Position numbers and translations under genes: made by a program
Shown: positions 7,577 through 17,309 of the stretch, piece after piece
Layout: each line of letters begins with the position of its first letter
Numbering within the stretch: position 1 is the stretch's first letter
Notes under the pieces: model-generated
Told to the model about the DNA's origin: nothing
The model's database searches: none
Seen by the model: only the letters and a program-made list of their open reading frames with translations
From: an uncultured virus (IMG/VR IMGVR_UViG_3300042558_001076)
Taxonomy: Duplodnaviria > Heunggongvirae > Uroviricota > Caudoviricetes
IMG/VR virus record: IMGVR_UViG_3300042558_001076
DNA: 20,000 nucleotides
Direction: 5' to 3' (one strand)

Positions 7577-9588
7577 TAAAGAATGTAGGTGGTAAATCAG
7601 AAAACATACAAGGGTTGATATGTAACCTTCCTAAAGAAGGATATGTATACAATCCATATACTGGTGACTACCAAGATGTAGGTGTTGAAAGGCGAGCAAT
7701 TAAATATGACAATTGCTATTGGGAAATAGACAAGCGTTGGGAAAAGTTTCCAATATGGGAAAAAGAAGAAGCAGAAAAGCAAAAGCAAGACCCTAGATAT
7801 ATCCACCCAGATTTAAAAGAATTTAAAGAGTATTGCTGGATACGTAGAATAGGTGGCCATTGGTTTATGAATAATAATAAACCTACCTATATAACAGGCA
7901 CACATTGGTTTTACCTTTCTTGTTATCACCTTGATATTGGGTTGCCTAAATATAGAAAGGTAGATAGAGATTTCTTTTATGCATGGCAATATACCGTAGA
8001 AGATGAAAACGCATTTGGGTTATGTGAAACCACTAAACGTCGTAGTGGCAAAACCTACAGAGCAGGTGCTATTGCATTAGAACAAACAACTAGGTCAGAA
8101 AACTTTTGGACAGGTATCCAATCTAAAACAGATGACGATGCTAAGTCGGTATTTAGGAAAGCAATAGTTAACCCATTTAGAAAGTTGCCTTCTTTTTTTA
8201 AGCCAGTATCAGATATGCCTAACACAGGTAAAGTTCCTGCTACAGGGCTTAAATTCCAAAGTGGTAAGGTAGATATAGATGGCGAAGAGTTAATGTCAGG
8301 AATAGACTTTAAATCGTCAACAGAAGGTGCTTATGATGGACAGAAGCTAGGTTTCTATATAGCCGATGAAGCAGGTAAAACAACTCTTGTAGATATCAAT
8401 AGAAGATGGAACGTAGTTAAGTATTGTTTAATGGACGATGAAGGGCGTATTATAGGCAAGTCTCTCCATACTACAACAGTAGAGGAAATGGAAGCTGGTG
8501 GCAAACCTTATCTACAGATGTGGAAAGGGTCTGACCAAAATACAAAAGAAGGAAGAAGAACCCAGTCAGGTATGTATAAGTTTTTTACTCCTGCTGATGA
8601 AACTCGTCATATAGATAAATTTGGAAACGCTAATAAAGAATTAGCGCGTATGGATATATTAGAAGAAAGAAAAGCATTACAGAATGACCCAAGAGCTTTA
8701 TCTTCTGCAAAAAGAAAAGAACCATTAGATGAAAAAGAAGCGTTTCAAACAGATGCATCAACTTGCGTATTTAATCCTATTCTTTTAAACGATAGGTTAG
8801 ATATACTTAAGTGGGCTAAGAAAAAAGTAGTTACTGGTAACTTACAATGGGACGATATGAAACGTGACGGTACTGTTACATTCCATGAAAACCCAAATGG
8901 TAAATTCCAGATAATAGAGTTTCCTGACCAAGTTAACAATGTGACTAGAAAAGGGGATATTGCATTTGCTCAAAACAAACATATGTATTGTGGGGGTATT
9001 GACCCTTATGACCATGTGAATGTAAGTAAAGGTCATGAGTCAAGAATGTCTAATGGGGCTTTATGTATAATGAAAAAGTCTAATCCATTAAGACAAACAG
9101 ATGCTGATAATGCTCCTGTATTGTTATATGTTGCACGTCCTAGCCCAGAAGTATTTTATGAGGATTGTTTGATGGCTCTTCATTATTATGGTTGCCAAGC
9201 ACTTATAGAGAACAACAAGCCAGGGATACTCCATTACTTTGAAAAAAGGGGTTATACAGACTTTTGTTTTAAAGTTCCAGGAAAAGATAAACCAGGTATT
9301 GCAGCTACCCTTTCAAACAATATATACATAGCTGAACTAACGGACCAATATATCAATGATAACATAGATAATATTTGGTACGAGCAGATACTGGAGGATT
9401 GGTTAGGGTTTAGTCCAGATGACACGACTGAGTATGACGTAGCTATGGCTGTAGGGTATGCATTAATGATGATGTATAACCCACAATTTAACCCTAAAAG
9501 AAAAGAAGTTAAAACTGAAAGGATAGAAGACTACTTTAGTTTTTATAAGTCAAAAGGTACTAACCGCCTATTTGGGAAGTATTTATAA
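7573..9588 (+). CDS. terL: Terminase large subunit
   Basis: Walker A-like KRRSGKT, Walker B FYIADEAGK, nuclease motifs GGIDPYD, LIENN and YDVAMA. Confidence 0.93.
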   Translation: MIKNVGGKSENIQGLICNLPKEGYVYNPYTGDYQDVGVERRAIKYDNCYWEIDKRWEKFPIWEKEEAEKQKQDPRYIHPDLKEFKEYCWIRRIGGHWFMNNNKPTYITGTHWFYLSCYHLDIGLPKYRKVDRDFFYAWQYTVEDENAFGLCETTKRRSGKTYRAGAIALEQTTRSENFWTGIQSKTDDDAKSVFRKAIVNPFRKLPSFFKPVSDMPNTGKVPATGLKFQSGKVDIDGEELMSGIDFKSSTEGAYDGQKLGFYIADEAGKTTLVDINRRWNVVKYCLMDDEGRIIGKSLHTTTVEEMEAGGKPYLQMWKGSDQNTKEGRRTQSGMYKFFTPADETRHIDKFGNANKELARMDILEERKALQNDPRALSSAKRKEPLDEKEAFQTDASTCVFNPILLNDRLDILKWAKKKVVTGNLQWDDMKRDGTVTFHENPNGKFQIIEFPDQVNNVTRKGDIAFAQNKHMYCGGIDPYDHVNVSKGHESRMSNGALCIMKKSNPLRQTDADNAPVLLYVARPSPEVFYEDCLMALHYYGCQALIENNKPGILHYFEKRGYTDFCFKVPGKDKPGIAATLSNNIYIAELTDQYINDNIDNIWYEQILEDWLGFSPDDTTEYDVAMAVGYALMMMYNPQFNPKRKEVKTERIEDYFSFYKSKGTNRLFGKYL

Positions 9589-9596
9589 CGTATTAT
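9587..9596 (+). promoter_or_regulatory. AACGTATTAT motif, copy 2
   Basis: 38 nt upstream of the portal ATG. Confidence 0.65.
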
Positions 9597-9624
9597 CTAA
9601 TGTAAATTAAACTTAATTGCTGAG

Positions 9625-12213
9625 ATGGCAGAAATAGTATCAAGTGTCGGTGTAAATTTTCCAGACGAAAATATTGACCCAAAAAGAAAAACCGAGAAAC
9701 CTTTTTTATTACAGTATTGTAGAGCTGCATATTCGGCTTATGGGGATACTCCATTTGGTTCAATAGGTTGGAGAAGCCGAGACAAATACGAATGGGTTAA
9801 AACCTATGCGCGTGGTTCTCAAACAATCGACCGATACAAAAAGGTATTAACTCCTGACCAAGACCCTACAAATAACACATTAGTAGTAGATTGGTCGGTA
9901 CTTCCTATTATTCCTAAGTTTAGAAGAATAGCTTTAGGGTTATTAGAAAAACAAAATTGGGACGTTCAAATAGACCCAATTGACCCATTAGCACAAACAG
10001 AATTAGAACAGCAAATTACTATGATGAAGATGAAGGCCTCTATGAGAGAACTTCAAAAAGAAGTCATGGGAGAACAAGCTGAAATACCAGCTCCTATACA
10101 ACCAGGAGAAGGAGAACCAGAGGATATTGATGGTATTAAAATATATGAGATTGGGCTGCGTCATAAAACTGCTATGGAAGCAGAACAAGCAATTGAATTA
10201 ACATTTAGCCAAAATGATTATGAAAGCCAACGCAGACAAACTTTACAAGATTTGTTTGACTATGGTGTATCTGCATATAAAGATTACAGAGATGGTGAGT
10301 TAGTAGGATTTAGAAGAGTTGACCCAAGAAGATTAATATTAAGCTATTGTACATATCCTGACTTTAGAGATTTAAGATATGCAGGAGAAATATTAGAAGT
10401 TCCAGTAGCGCAAGTTATTCAAATGTCTAATGGTGAATTAACCAATGAAGACATTGAGATGATTTACAAATATGCTTCTACAAACCAATGGAGACCATCT
10501 ACCCCAGTAGGTAATGCTTACTATGGTAGTTATTCTGACTTTTGGAATAGAGGTAAAGTACAAGTTTTAGATTTAGAAATTATATCTGCTGATGAGTTAG
10601 TTCGTGAAGAACGAATTGACAGAAGAGGAAATACTATTTTTGGAAGAGCTTCATATGATGACTATAATAACAAGAAAGATAAATATAAAAGAAAGCAAGT
10701 ACAAGGTGTATATAGGGCTAAATGGATTGTTGGTACGGACATCATATTTGACTACGGAAAGCAATACGATATTAAACGCGACCCAGTTAATATGGCTCGT
10801 GCTAAATCAAGTTACCACATAAATGCTTGTGACTTTTTTGATATGAAAACATTCAGCCGTATGGAAGCTATTATTCCTTACGCTGATGCAATACAATTAG
10901 CTTACTATAGATTACAGCATGAATTAAATACATCTGTACCTAAAGGTTTTAACATTAACCTAGCAGCATTAGAAGAAGTTAGTTTATCTGGTGGTGGACA
11001 AACAATGAAACCATCTGATATTATTGATTTGTATTTACAACGTGGGGTATTAGTAAGTCGTTCTACTACATTTGATGGTAGACCAAATCCTCCAGCAATA
11101 CAAGAATTACAAGGTGGAACAGGTGGAGCTATAGCTGAATACTGGAATTTAATTAACCAAAACCTTGACATGATACGTCAAACACTTGGGTTAAATGAAT
11201 TAACAGATGGCTCTACTCCTAACCCTAAGTTATTGACTACTGTTGCTCAGTTAGCAGCATCTGGTACTAATAACGCACTTAGCGATATTATCTATTCAGA
11301 CAAACAAATTACCCAGTCATTATCTGAAGCTATTATCATTAGAATACAAGATATAGTTAGAACAACTAATGGAGATGCTATAGCTGAATCATTAGGAAGA
11401 GGAACAGTCGATTTATTAAAAGTTTCTCCAGATATTACTAAATACACATTTGGCATTTCTATTGTTGATAAACCTACAGCAGAAGAAAAAGCTAAATTAG
11501 ATGAGTTAATTAAAGTAGCATTACAACAAGGTCAATTAGACATTAGTGATGTTATTAGATTAAACAACATACAGAATATAAAACAAGCTGAATTGTTCTT
11601 AGCTTATAAAGTTCGTAAGAACATGGAAAGAAAACAACAAGAAGCTTTACAAATGCAACAGCAAAATGGTCAGATTCAACAGCAATCTGCAATGGCTGCT
11701 GAACAAGCTAAACAACAAACTGCTCAGTTACAAGCTCAGATTGATATTCAGTTAGTACAAGCTAAAGCAGAAATGGAAGCTAAACTAATTGAATTACGTG
11801 GTCAGTTTGATTTAGAAAGAGAAAGAATTGCAGCAACTGGTAGAGTTGAGTCTTCATTTGTTCAAGCGAAAGAAAGAGATGCAGCTAATATTAGAGATAA
11901 TAAAACTAAGTTATTGCAAGACGATAAGATGGAGAACATGGGAGAAATTGATGTTCCAGCAGAATTAGAATCTAGGGTTGCACCAGAAACAGCAGGTGGA
12001 CAGCCATTAGATTTAAGTGGAGCTGATATAAACTTTGCAGATGAACCAACACCAGAAGAGCAAGCTATGGCACAACCAGGCGCTCAAATGGGAATGGGAA
12101 TGGAAGAAGCTATGGGTCAACAACAAGAAATGCCTATGGAAGAAGAGCAAGTTGAAGAATCTCCAACTGATATTAGAAGAAGAATGATGGAGCAATATTT
12201 ACAACAGGCTTAA
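9625..12213 (+). CDS. Portal protein (crAss-like/P22-type, with long C-terminal coiled coil)
   Basis: 862 aa directly after TerL; LPIIPKF and LGLNELTDGSTP segments; Q/E-rich helical tail. Confidence 0.85.
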   Translation: MAEIVSSVGVNFPDENIDPKRKTEKPFLLQYCRAAYSAYGDTPFGSIGWRSRDKYEWVKTYARGSQTIDRYKKVLTPDQDPTNNTLVVDWSVLPIIPKFRRIALGLLEKQNWDVQIDPIDPLAQTELEQQITMMKMKASMRELQKEVMGEQAEIPAPIQPGEGEPEDIDGIKIYEIGLRHKTAMEAEQAIELTFSQNDYESQRRQTLQDLFDYGVSAYKDYRDGELVGFRRVDPRRLILSYCTYPDFRDLRYAGEILEVPVAQVIQMSNGELTNEDIEMIYKYASTNQWRPSTPVGNAYYGSYSDFWNRGKVQVLDLEIISADELVREERIDRRGNTIFGRASYDDYNNKKDKYKRKQVQGVYRAKWIVGTDIIFDYGKQYDIKRDPVNMARAKSSYHINACDFFDMKTFSRMEAIIPYADAIQLAYYRLQHELNTSVPKGFNINLAALEEVSLSGGGQTMKPSDIIDLYLQRGVLVSRSTTFDGRPNPPAIQELQGGTGGAIAEYWNLINQNLDMIRQTLGLNELTDGSTPNPKLLTTVAQLAASGTNNALSDIIYSDKQITQSLSEAIIIRIQDIVRTTNGDAIAESLGRGTVDLLKVSPDITKYTFGISIVDKPTAEEKAKLDELIKVALQQGQLDISDVIRLNNIQNIKQAELFLAYKVRKNMERKQQEALQMQQQNGQIQQQSAMAAEQAKQQTAQLQAQIDIQLVQAKAEMEAKLIELRGQFDLERERIAATGRVESSFVQAKERDAANIRDNKTKLLQDDKMENMGEIDVPAELESRVAPETAGGQPLDLSGADINFADEPTPEEQAMAQPGAQMGMGMEEAMGQQQEMPMEEEQVEESPTDIRRRMMEQYLQQA

Positions 12214-12217
12214 TAAT

Positions 12218-12228
12218 AACGTATTATA
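12218..12228 (+). promoter_or_regulatory. AACGTATTATA motif, copy 3
   Basis: 35 nt upstream of the scaffold ATG. Confidence 0.7.
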
Positions 12229-12252
12229 TTATCAACACACACAAAACAACAT

Positions 12253-13422
12253 ATGGAAAACCAAGTACAAGAACAACAAGTAGAGCAAGATGTTCAGAAC
12301 TCTGCTCCTGTTGAAACTAGTCAAGCTCCTCAAGAAGTAGCTCAACCAATTCAACAAGAACAAGTACAAGAACAATCTCAACCGCAAAACGAGTTTCAAG
12401 AACAAACTTCTGGTTGGAAAATTAAATCAATAAATTCTGAAGGTGGTCTTTACGACAGGCAAGAAGAATATTATGAAGAACAACAACCACAAGAACAAGT
12501 ACAGGAACAACCTCAGGCTCAAGCTGAACAAACCCAAGATGATGGTGTTTTAAAACTTGTACCTGAAAATTATAAACAAGATACTGCTGAAACAGCAGCG
12601 TCAAGTCAAACTGAAGAGTTCGACCCATTTGAAAAGTTAGGAGTTAAAGATGATGCTTATTTTAAAAAGCTTTATGAAGCTTACAAGAATGATGCATTAG
12701 ATGAGTTCCTAATTACAACCCATACGGATTATGATGCAATAAGTGATGCAGACATTATTCGTATGCAAATTGATAGTCAATATAAGAATCTTAGCGAAGA
12801 CGATAGAGACTTGATATTCCAAATGAAACTTCAGAAAGACTTTAACATCAGCGATTTGAATAGCGAAGATTCAAGAGCTGGTAAGTTAATGATGAAATTA
12901 GCTGCTCAAGATATCCGAGATGGGTTAAAACAACAGCAAGCTGAATATCAACCGCCTACCAGACCTAATGAAGTGGAGCAGTTCAAAAAGCAATTAGAAC
13001 TTCAACAATTGGAAGCACAAAAACAAGTTGAAGATTTTAAAAACTACTTTACTCAAACTCCAGAGTACAAGCAATTCGAGACGAGCAGACTTGTAGAGTT
13101 TGGAGACCAAGAGAACAAAGTAAGATTTGAAATTGACAAAAGTGCTGATTTCTTAGGCGAAACCTTAGACCAACAAAAGTTCTTTTCTAAATTTGTGAAA
13201 GACGATGGCCAAGTCGATGTAGCAAAATGGCAAAGGGTTTGGGCTTATGCTAATAACCCAGGAGCAGTAGAAAAGGCTTTATTTAACTCAGGTAAAAGCG
13301 CAGGAGAAAAACGATTGTTTGATGAGCTAAAAAATACTAGAAATGATGATGGATATGTTGCTCCTCAAAAGAACAATGCATTTGTTATTAAATCTATAGA
13401 TGGTAAGCCTTTCGGATATTAA
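12253..13422 (+). CDS. Putative capsid scaffolding protein
   Basis: Acidic, Q/E-rich disordered N-terminus and helical core; lies between portal and capsid genes. Confidence 0.7.
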   Translation: MENQVQEQQVEQDVQNSAPVETSQAPQEVAQPIQQEQVQEQSQPQNEFQEQTSGWKIKSINSEGGLYDRQEEYYEEQQPQEQVQEQPQAQAEQTQDDGVLKLVPENYKQDTAETAASSQTEEFDPFEKLGVKDDAYFKKLYEAYKNDALDEFLITTHTDYDAISDADIIRMQIDSQYKNLSEDDRDLIFQMKLQKDFNISDLNSEDSRAGKLMMKLAAQDIRDGLKQQQAEYQPPTRPNEVEQFKKQLELQQLEAQKQVEDFKNYFTQTPEYKQFETSRLVEFGDQENKVRFEIDKSADFLGETLDQQKFFSKFVKDDGQVDVAKWQRVWAYANNPGAVEKALFNSGKSAGEKRLFDELKNTRNDDGYVAPQKNNAFVIKSIDGKPFGY

Positions 13423-13453
13423 TAAATTAAATAACAAAATAAAACGCTAAAAA

Positions 13454-14899
13454 ATGGCATATACTAATAACTGGACTGGACAACAGTTCAATGGCTCTAC
13501 AGGAGCAACCGACAAACCTTACGTATCCGCGAATAGAACTGGTGGTACAGTAAATGGTACTAATACTGCATCTTTAATCCAATCTACTTCACTTTTAGAC
13601 CAACGTGATATCTACAAACAATTAGTAGATATTCAAGATGACGCTGAGTGGTTAGATTTCATGTGGTTAGCTGGTAAAAAAGAAGCTACTTCTATGCCAA
13701 CTTACTACTCTTTCTTCAATGACAAATTATACAAACCAATTAACATTGTTACTGGTTATTCTTCTGCAGCTGGTGGAAACTTAGTTTTAGATGCAGCTTC
13801 TTATGATTTCGTTGTAGCTGGTGACTTATTACGTTGTGCAAACGGTGTTGTTCGTGTAACTTCTAAAAATGGTTCTAACACAATTACTGTTGCTTCTGTA
13901 ACTGGTGCTTCTTTCGCTGTTGCTAATGCAACTGTAGCTTCTGCATTCTCTAATGCTCAAGTTGAAGGTTCTGACAGACCACAAGCTCGTCGTTGGTTAG
14001 TTGGTAAATTGGGTAACCAAACTCAAATTTTCCGTAATGCATTGCAAATTACTGACGTTCAAAACATGTCTAAAGTTGAGATTGAAATCAACGGAAAACC
14101 ATACATCTTACCTTATGAGATGATTCAAGGTTTACAAAAACACCGTGGTGATATCTCTTTGGCTATGTGGTTAGGTGAAGCTTCTGCATCAACTTTCGCT
14201 GGTCAAGCAGTAACTGACCCTCAACAATATGCTTACCAAACTACTCGTGGTATGGATAGCTATATCAGCAACTACGGTATCACAGGTGATACTGCAACTA
14301 GAAATGTTTTCACTTTAGCTGATTTGACTTCTATCGAAGCTCAATTAATTGCTAACCGTGCTCCATTTGAATATATGATTGCTGGTTCTAATGCAACTGT
14401 TGCAACTATTTCTGACTTCTTGAAAAACTTACCAAGTGCTGGTCAAACAATCACAGCTCCAAATCCAACTAATGGTTATTACAAATCAGGTATTAACTCT
14501 GGTGTATTAACAGTTAATGGTCGTCAAATTGACTTAGAAGCTGAGAAATTCATGCATGGTGGATTTACTTTCAACTTAAAAGCGTTTAAAGTATTATCAA
14601 ACCAAGAAGTTATGAACTATACTGGTTCTACTGTTCAAGCATCTGCTTACTTCTTACCAATGGGTAAAGTAAAAACTGTAGGTGGTGGAATGGTTGATTA
14701 CTTCCGTTACAGATATTTACCTCAACCAACTCCTGGTCAAGGTTCTTCTGAAACTGCTGAAATCATGACTGGTGGTCTTGCTCCTACTCCTACTAACCAA
14801 GAGATGAACTTAACAACTACTTGGACTTCAAACATGGGATTAGAAGTATTTGCACCAAGCAAATTCGCTAAAATCCAAGTTGGTAATGCAGTAGCATAG
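13454..14899 (+). CDS. Major capsid protein
   Basis: 481 aa, position after the scaffold, strongly biased high-expression codons (GCT, GGT, ACT, TTC, AAC), NQTQIFR and TRGM segments, followed by a terminator. Confidence 0.85.
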   Translation: MAYTNNWTGQQFNGSTGATDKPYVSANRTGGTVNGTNTASLIQSTSLLDQRDIYKQLVDIQDDAEWLDFMWLAGKKEATSMPTYYSFFNDKLYKPINIVTGYSSAAGGNLVLDAASYDFVVAGDLLRCANGVVRVTSKNGSNTITVASVTGASFAVANATVASAFSNAQVEGSDRPQARRWLVGKLGNQTQIFRNALQITDVQNMSKVEIEINGKPYILPYEMIQGLQKHRGDISLAMWLGEASASTFAGQAVTDPQQYAYQTTRGMDSYISNYGITGDTATRNVFTLADLTSIEAQLIANRAPFEYMIAGSNATVATISDFLKNLPSAGQTITAPNPTNGYYKSGINSGVLTVNGRQIDLEAEKFMHGGFTFNLKAFKVLSNQEVMNYTGSTVQASAYFLPMGKVKTVGGGMVDYFRYRYLPQPTPGQGSSETAEIMTGGLAPTPTNQEMNLTTTWTSNMGLEVFAPSKFAKIQVGNAVA

Positions 14900-14916
14900 T
14901 CAACTAATTAAGATAC

Positions 14917-14942
14917 AGGGGGTAGCAATACCCCCTTATTTT
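14917..14942 (+). terminator. Rho-independent terminator after the capsid gene
   Basis: agggggta-GCAA-taccccct followed by tatttt. Confidence 0.85.
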
Positions 14943-14980
14943 AATAACAATAAATCTTACACACACAAAAACACATACAC

Positions 14981-15865
14981 ATGGCACTAAGAAGAATGGG
15001 CATCTATAATGATATTAGCCCAGAATTATTTCCAAAGCTTCCTCCAAGGGGAACAAAAGTAACCTATCGTTTTTTAGAAACTTATGAAGACCCTTTTTCT
15101 GACGATGGAGTTCCAGTTTACAAAGCTACATTATTAATCCCTCCTATGTCAAGAACATTTGACCCTATTAAATCTGATTGGGTTGAAGTTGGTATGGTTG
15201 GTGGATTAGATATGTTTGGTAATCCAGAGTCAAGAACTATTCGTAGAGAGTGGGTTAAACCACAAGAGAATGGTGGTTATATGGTATTAACTATTGGTAA
15301 TTCTAAAGATGATGAGTTATATCAATATTTAGAATTGGCTTCTTTCAATGCAGCTAACCCAAATAGAGATACTACAGTTAAAGCAATATTAGAAAAAGTA
15401 GACTTTGAAGCAGAAGCTAAAGAAGCACGTAATGAAATGAAATCTCGTCTTGAAGCTGTTAGAAAAGCAATGGCATTAGACTCTAAAGATTTAGCTCGTT
15501 ATGCTTCTATCTTAGGTTTTGATATAGATGAAACAGAAGAAGAAATTAGATTTAATATAGAAAACTTTGCTCATGAAGACCCATTTGATTTCTTAGATAG
15601 AATGGAAGATGAATCATTTGATATTGAATCATATTGTTCATTAGCATTAGATAAAAAAATAATATTTATATCTAAAGAAGACAGCAGATTGAAATGGTCT
15701 GACACTAAAGGAGAAATTGTTAAATTAGTTTCTACTGAAGATGAAGGAGCAATTACAGCTTATACAAATTTTGTTACAAGTAATAAAATAGGTAAAGAAG
15801 TTCATGCTGAATTAGTTAGATTAGTAGATGGTGTTGGTATTAAAAAACCAATGCCTAAGAAGTAG
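14981..15865 (+). CDS. Hypothetical virion-module protein following the capsid gene, 294 aa
   Basis: Long ORF with a CA-rich leader, in the post-capsid position of crAss-like genomes; function not recognised. Confidence 0.75.
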   Translation: MALRRMGIYNDISPELFPKLPPRGTKVTYRFLETYEDPFSDDGVPVYKATLLIPPMSRTFDPIKSDWVEVGMVGGLDMFGNPESRTIRREWVKPQENGGYMVLTIGNSKDDELYQYLELASFNAANPNRDTTVKAILEKVDFEAEAKEARNEMKSRLEAVRKAMALDSKDLARYASILGFDIDETEEEIRFNIENFAHEDPFDFLDRMEDESFDIESYCSLALDKKIIFISKEDSRLKWSDTKGEIVKLVSTEDEGAITAYTNFVTSNKIGKEVHAELVRLVDGVGIKKPMPKK

Positions 15866-15889
15866 TTGTTGTGTTGTGTAAATCCTATA

Positions 15890-15959
15890 GCCCTCTTTTT
15901 AGGGGGCGATTAGGTATCACCAACTTAATATGTTAAAGCCTCCTTTATAGGGGGCTTTT
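15890..15959 (+). terminator. Tandem hairpins; the second is a Rho-independent terminator
   Basis: gccctct-tttt-agggggc (15890-15907) and aaagcctcct-ttat-agggggcttt-t (15935-15959). Confidence 0.75.
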
Positions 15960-15970
15960 AACGTATTATA
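15960..15970 (+). promoter_or_regulatory. AACGTATTATA motif, copy 4
   Basis: Directly after the terminator, 29 nt upstream of the endolysin ATG. Confidence 0.7.
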
Positions 15971-15988
15971 TTGTCATAATTAGATAGA

Positions 15989-16582
15989 ATGTTTGATAAA
16001 TTGAAAGGTCTTGTTCCTCAGACCCTTATAGATGATATGGTTTCTCATGAAATTAATACACCATTAAGAGCAGCGCATTTCTTAGCGCAAGCAGCTCATG
16101 AGTCTGGTGGGTTTAAATTCAAATCAGAAAACTTAAACTATAGCAAAGAATCTTTGTTAAAAGTGTTTCCTAAATACTTTACTGCAGCATCTGCTGAAGG
16201 ATATCATAGACAACCAGAGAAGATTGCTTCTAGGGTTTATGCTAATCGTATGGGTAATGGAGATGAAGCAAGTAAAGATGGTTGGAAATATAAAGGTCGT
16301 GGTTATATTCAATTAACAGGAAAAGATAATTATAAAGCATTTAGTGAATGGGCAAAAGAACCAACTATATTAAGCAATCCTGACCAAGTAGCTGATGATA
16401 AATATGCAGGGTTAAGTGCTATATGGTTTTGGAATAAAAATGGTTTGAGTAAAATTGCTGATACAGATAACTTACGTGATGATAAAACATTGATTAAAAT
16501 TACATCAAGAGTTAATGGTGGAACTCATGGACTTGCTGACAGATTGGAAAGATTTAATGACTATAAAAAGATTTTACTCTAA
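15989..16582 (+). CDS. Endolysin, glycoside hydrolase family 19
   Basis: AHFLAQAAHESGGF, ENLNY, YKGRGYIQLTG and VNGG.HGL.DR motifs. Confidence 0.93.
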   Translation: MFDKLKGLVPQTLIDDMVSHEINTPLRAAHFLAQAAHESGGFKFKSENLNYSKESLLKVFPKYFTAASAEGYHRQPEKIASRVYANRMGNGDEASKDGWKYKGRGYIQLTGKDNYKAFSEWAKEPTILSNPDQVADDKYAGLSAIWFWNKNGLSKIADTDNLRDDKTLIKITSRVNGGTHGLADRLERFNDYKKILL

Positions 16583-16764
16583 TGGAAGTATCTAATCATG
16601 ACTCTTCAACTAACCATTATTGGTTATTAGCAAGCTTGTTTTTAAATGTAGCTGCTAACCTAGACAAGACTAATGTAACATTTATATTAGGTGTTATTGT
16701 ATCCATACTTGCTATAATTAACTATGTTATCCAAATTAAAAAGAACCTTAAAAGAAAGAAATAA
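16582..16764 (+). CDS. Putative holin
   Basis: 60 aa, 1-2 hydrophobic helices, basic C-terminus, TAATG-coupled to the endolysin. Confidence 0.6.
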   Translation: MEVSNHDSSTNHYWLLASLFLNVAANLDKTNVTFILGVIVSILAIINYVIQIKKNLKRKK

Positions 16765-16767
16765 ATT

Positions 16768-17307
16768 ATGGGTACTAAAGCTATTTATATATTCTTACTG
16801 GGCGCTATTATTGGCGTGTTATATTCTTGTAGCCCTGTTAAGAGAGTGCTTAGCAATCCCAAATATTATGCCGAAGTTAAGAAGCAAGTTATCCTCAATG
16901 GAGAATGCGTTAATGACACAATTACGGAAGAAATATTTAAAGATACAATAATTTATAAGGATACAGTTATCCACGACAGTTTTAAAGTTAACATGCCTAT
17001 GGAGTGCTATTTAGACACCATAGTAAACGATTTTAGCGTGTATTTAGAAAATGGTAACCTTTGGGTTAAATGGTTAGGTCAAGTGCCTACAAGGACCATT
17101 AATAAGCAAACAACCCACGTTGTAGTGGATAGGGCAAAAGAAGCTATACTTATTGACTCTTGTTCTAACCAATCTAGAAAGATATATGAGTTAGAAAATG
17201 AGTCCAAAAGAAAAGGTTCTATTATATTTAAACTATATATTGGCTTGGCAGCTATTCTGTTATTTATGTTAAGAAAGCCAATAATGAGACTGATTGGGAT
17301 AGTATAA
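16768..17307 (+). CDS. Putative unimolecular spanin (u-spanin)
   Basis: Lipoprotein signal with lipobox LYS-C (Cys21), beta-rich periplasmic part, C-terminal TM (IIFKLYIGLAAILLFML); last gene of the lysis cassette. Confidence 0.7.
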   Translation: MGTKAIYIFLLGAIIGVLYSCSPVKRVLSNPKYYAEVKKQVILNGECVNDTITEEIFKDTIIYKDTVIHDSFKVNMPMECYLDTIVNDFSVYLENGNLWVKWLGQVPTRTINKQTTHVVVDRAKEAILIDSCSNQSRKIYELENESKRKGSIIFKLYIGLAAILLFMLRKPIMRLIGIV

Positions 17308-17309
17308 AA

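Noticed and set aside
521..12628. Minus-strand ORFs in the track (521-808, 2775-2999, 3062-3340, 5804-6112, 7165-7428, 10905-11171 and others)
   Set aside because: Antisense shadows of well-supported + strand genes, with no recognisable motifs
7573..14899. Introns, inteins or homing endonucleases in TerL, portal or capsid genes
   Set aside because: ORFs are uninterrupted and of ordinary size, with no LAGLIDADG, HNH or intein motifs seen
4368..16951. Alternate-frame + strand ORFs 4368-4556, 10604-10822 and 16724-16951, the last considered as an embedded o-spanin
   Set aside because: They overlap better genes and have non-ATG starts. The 16768 gene already has both lipobox and C-terminal TM, so no partner is needed
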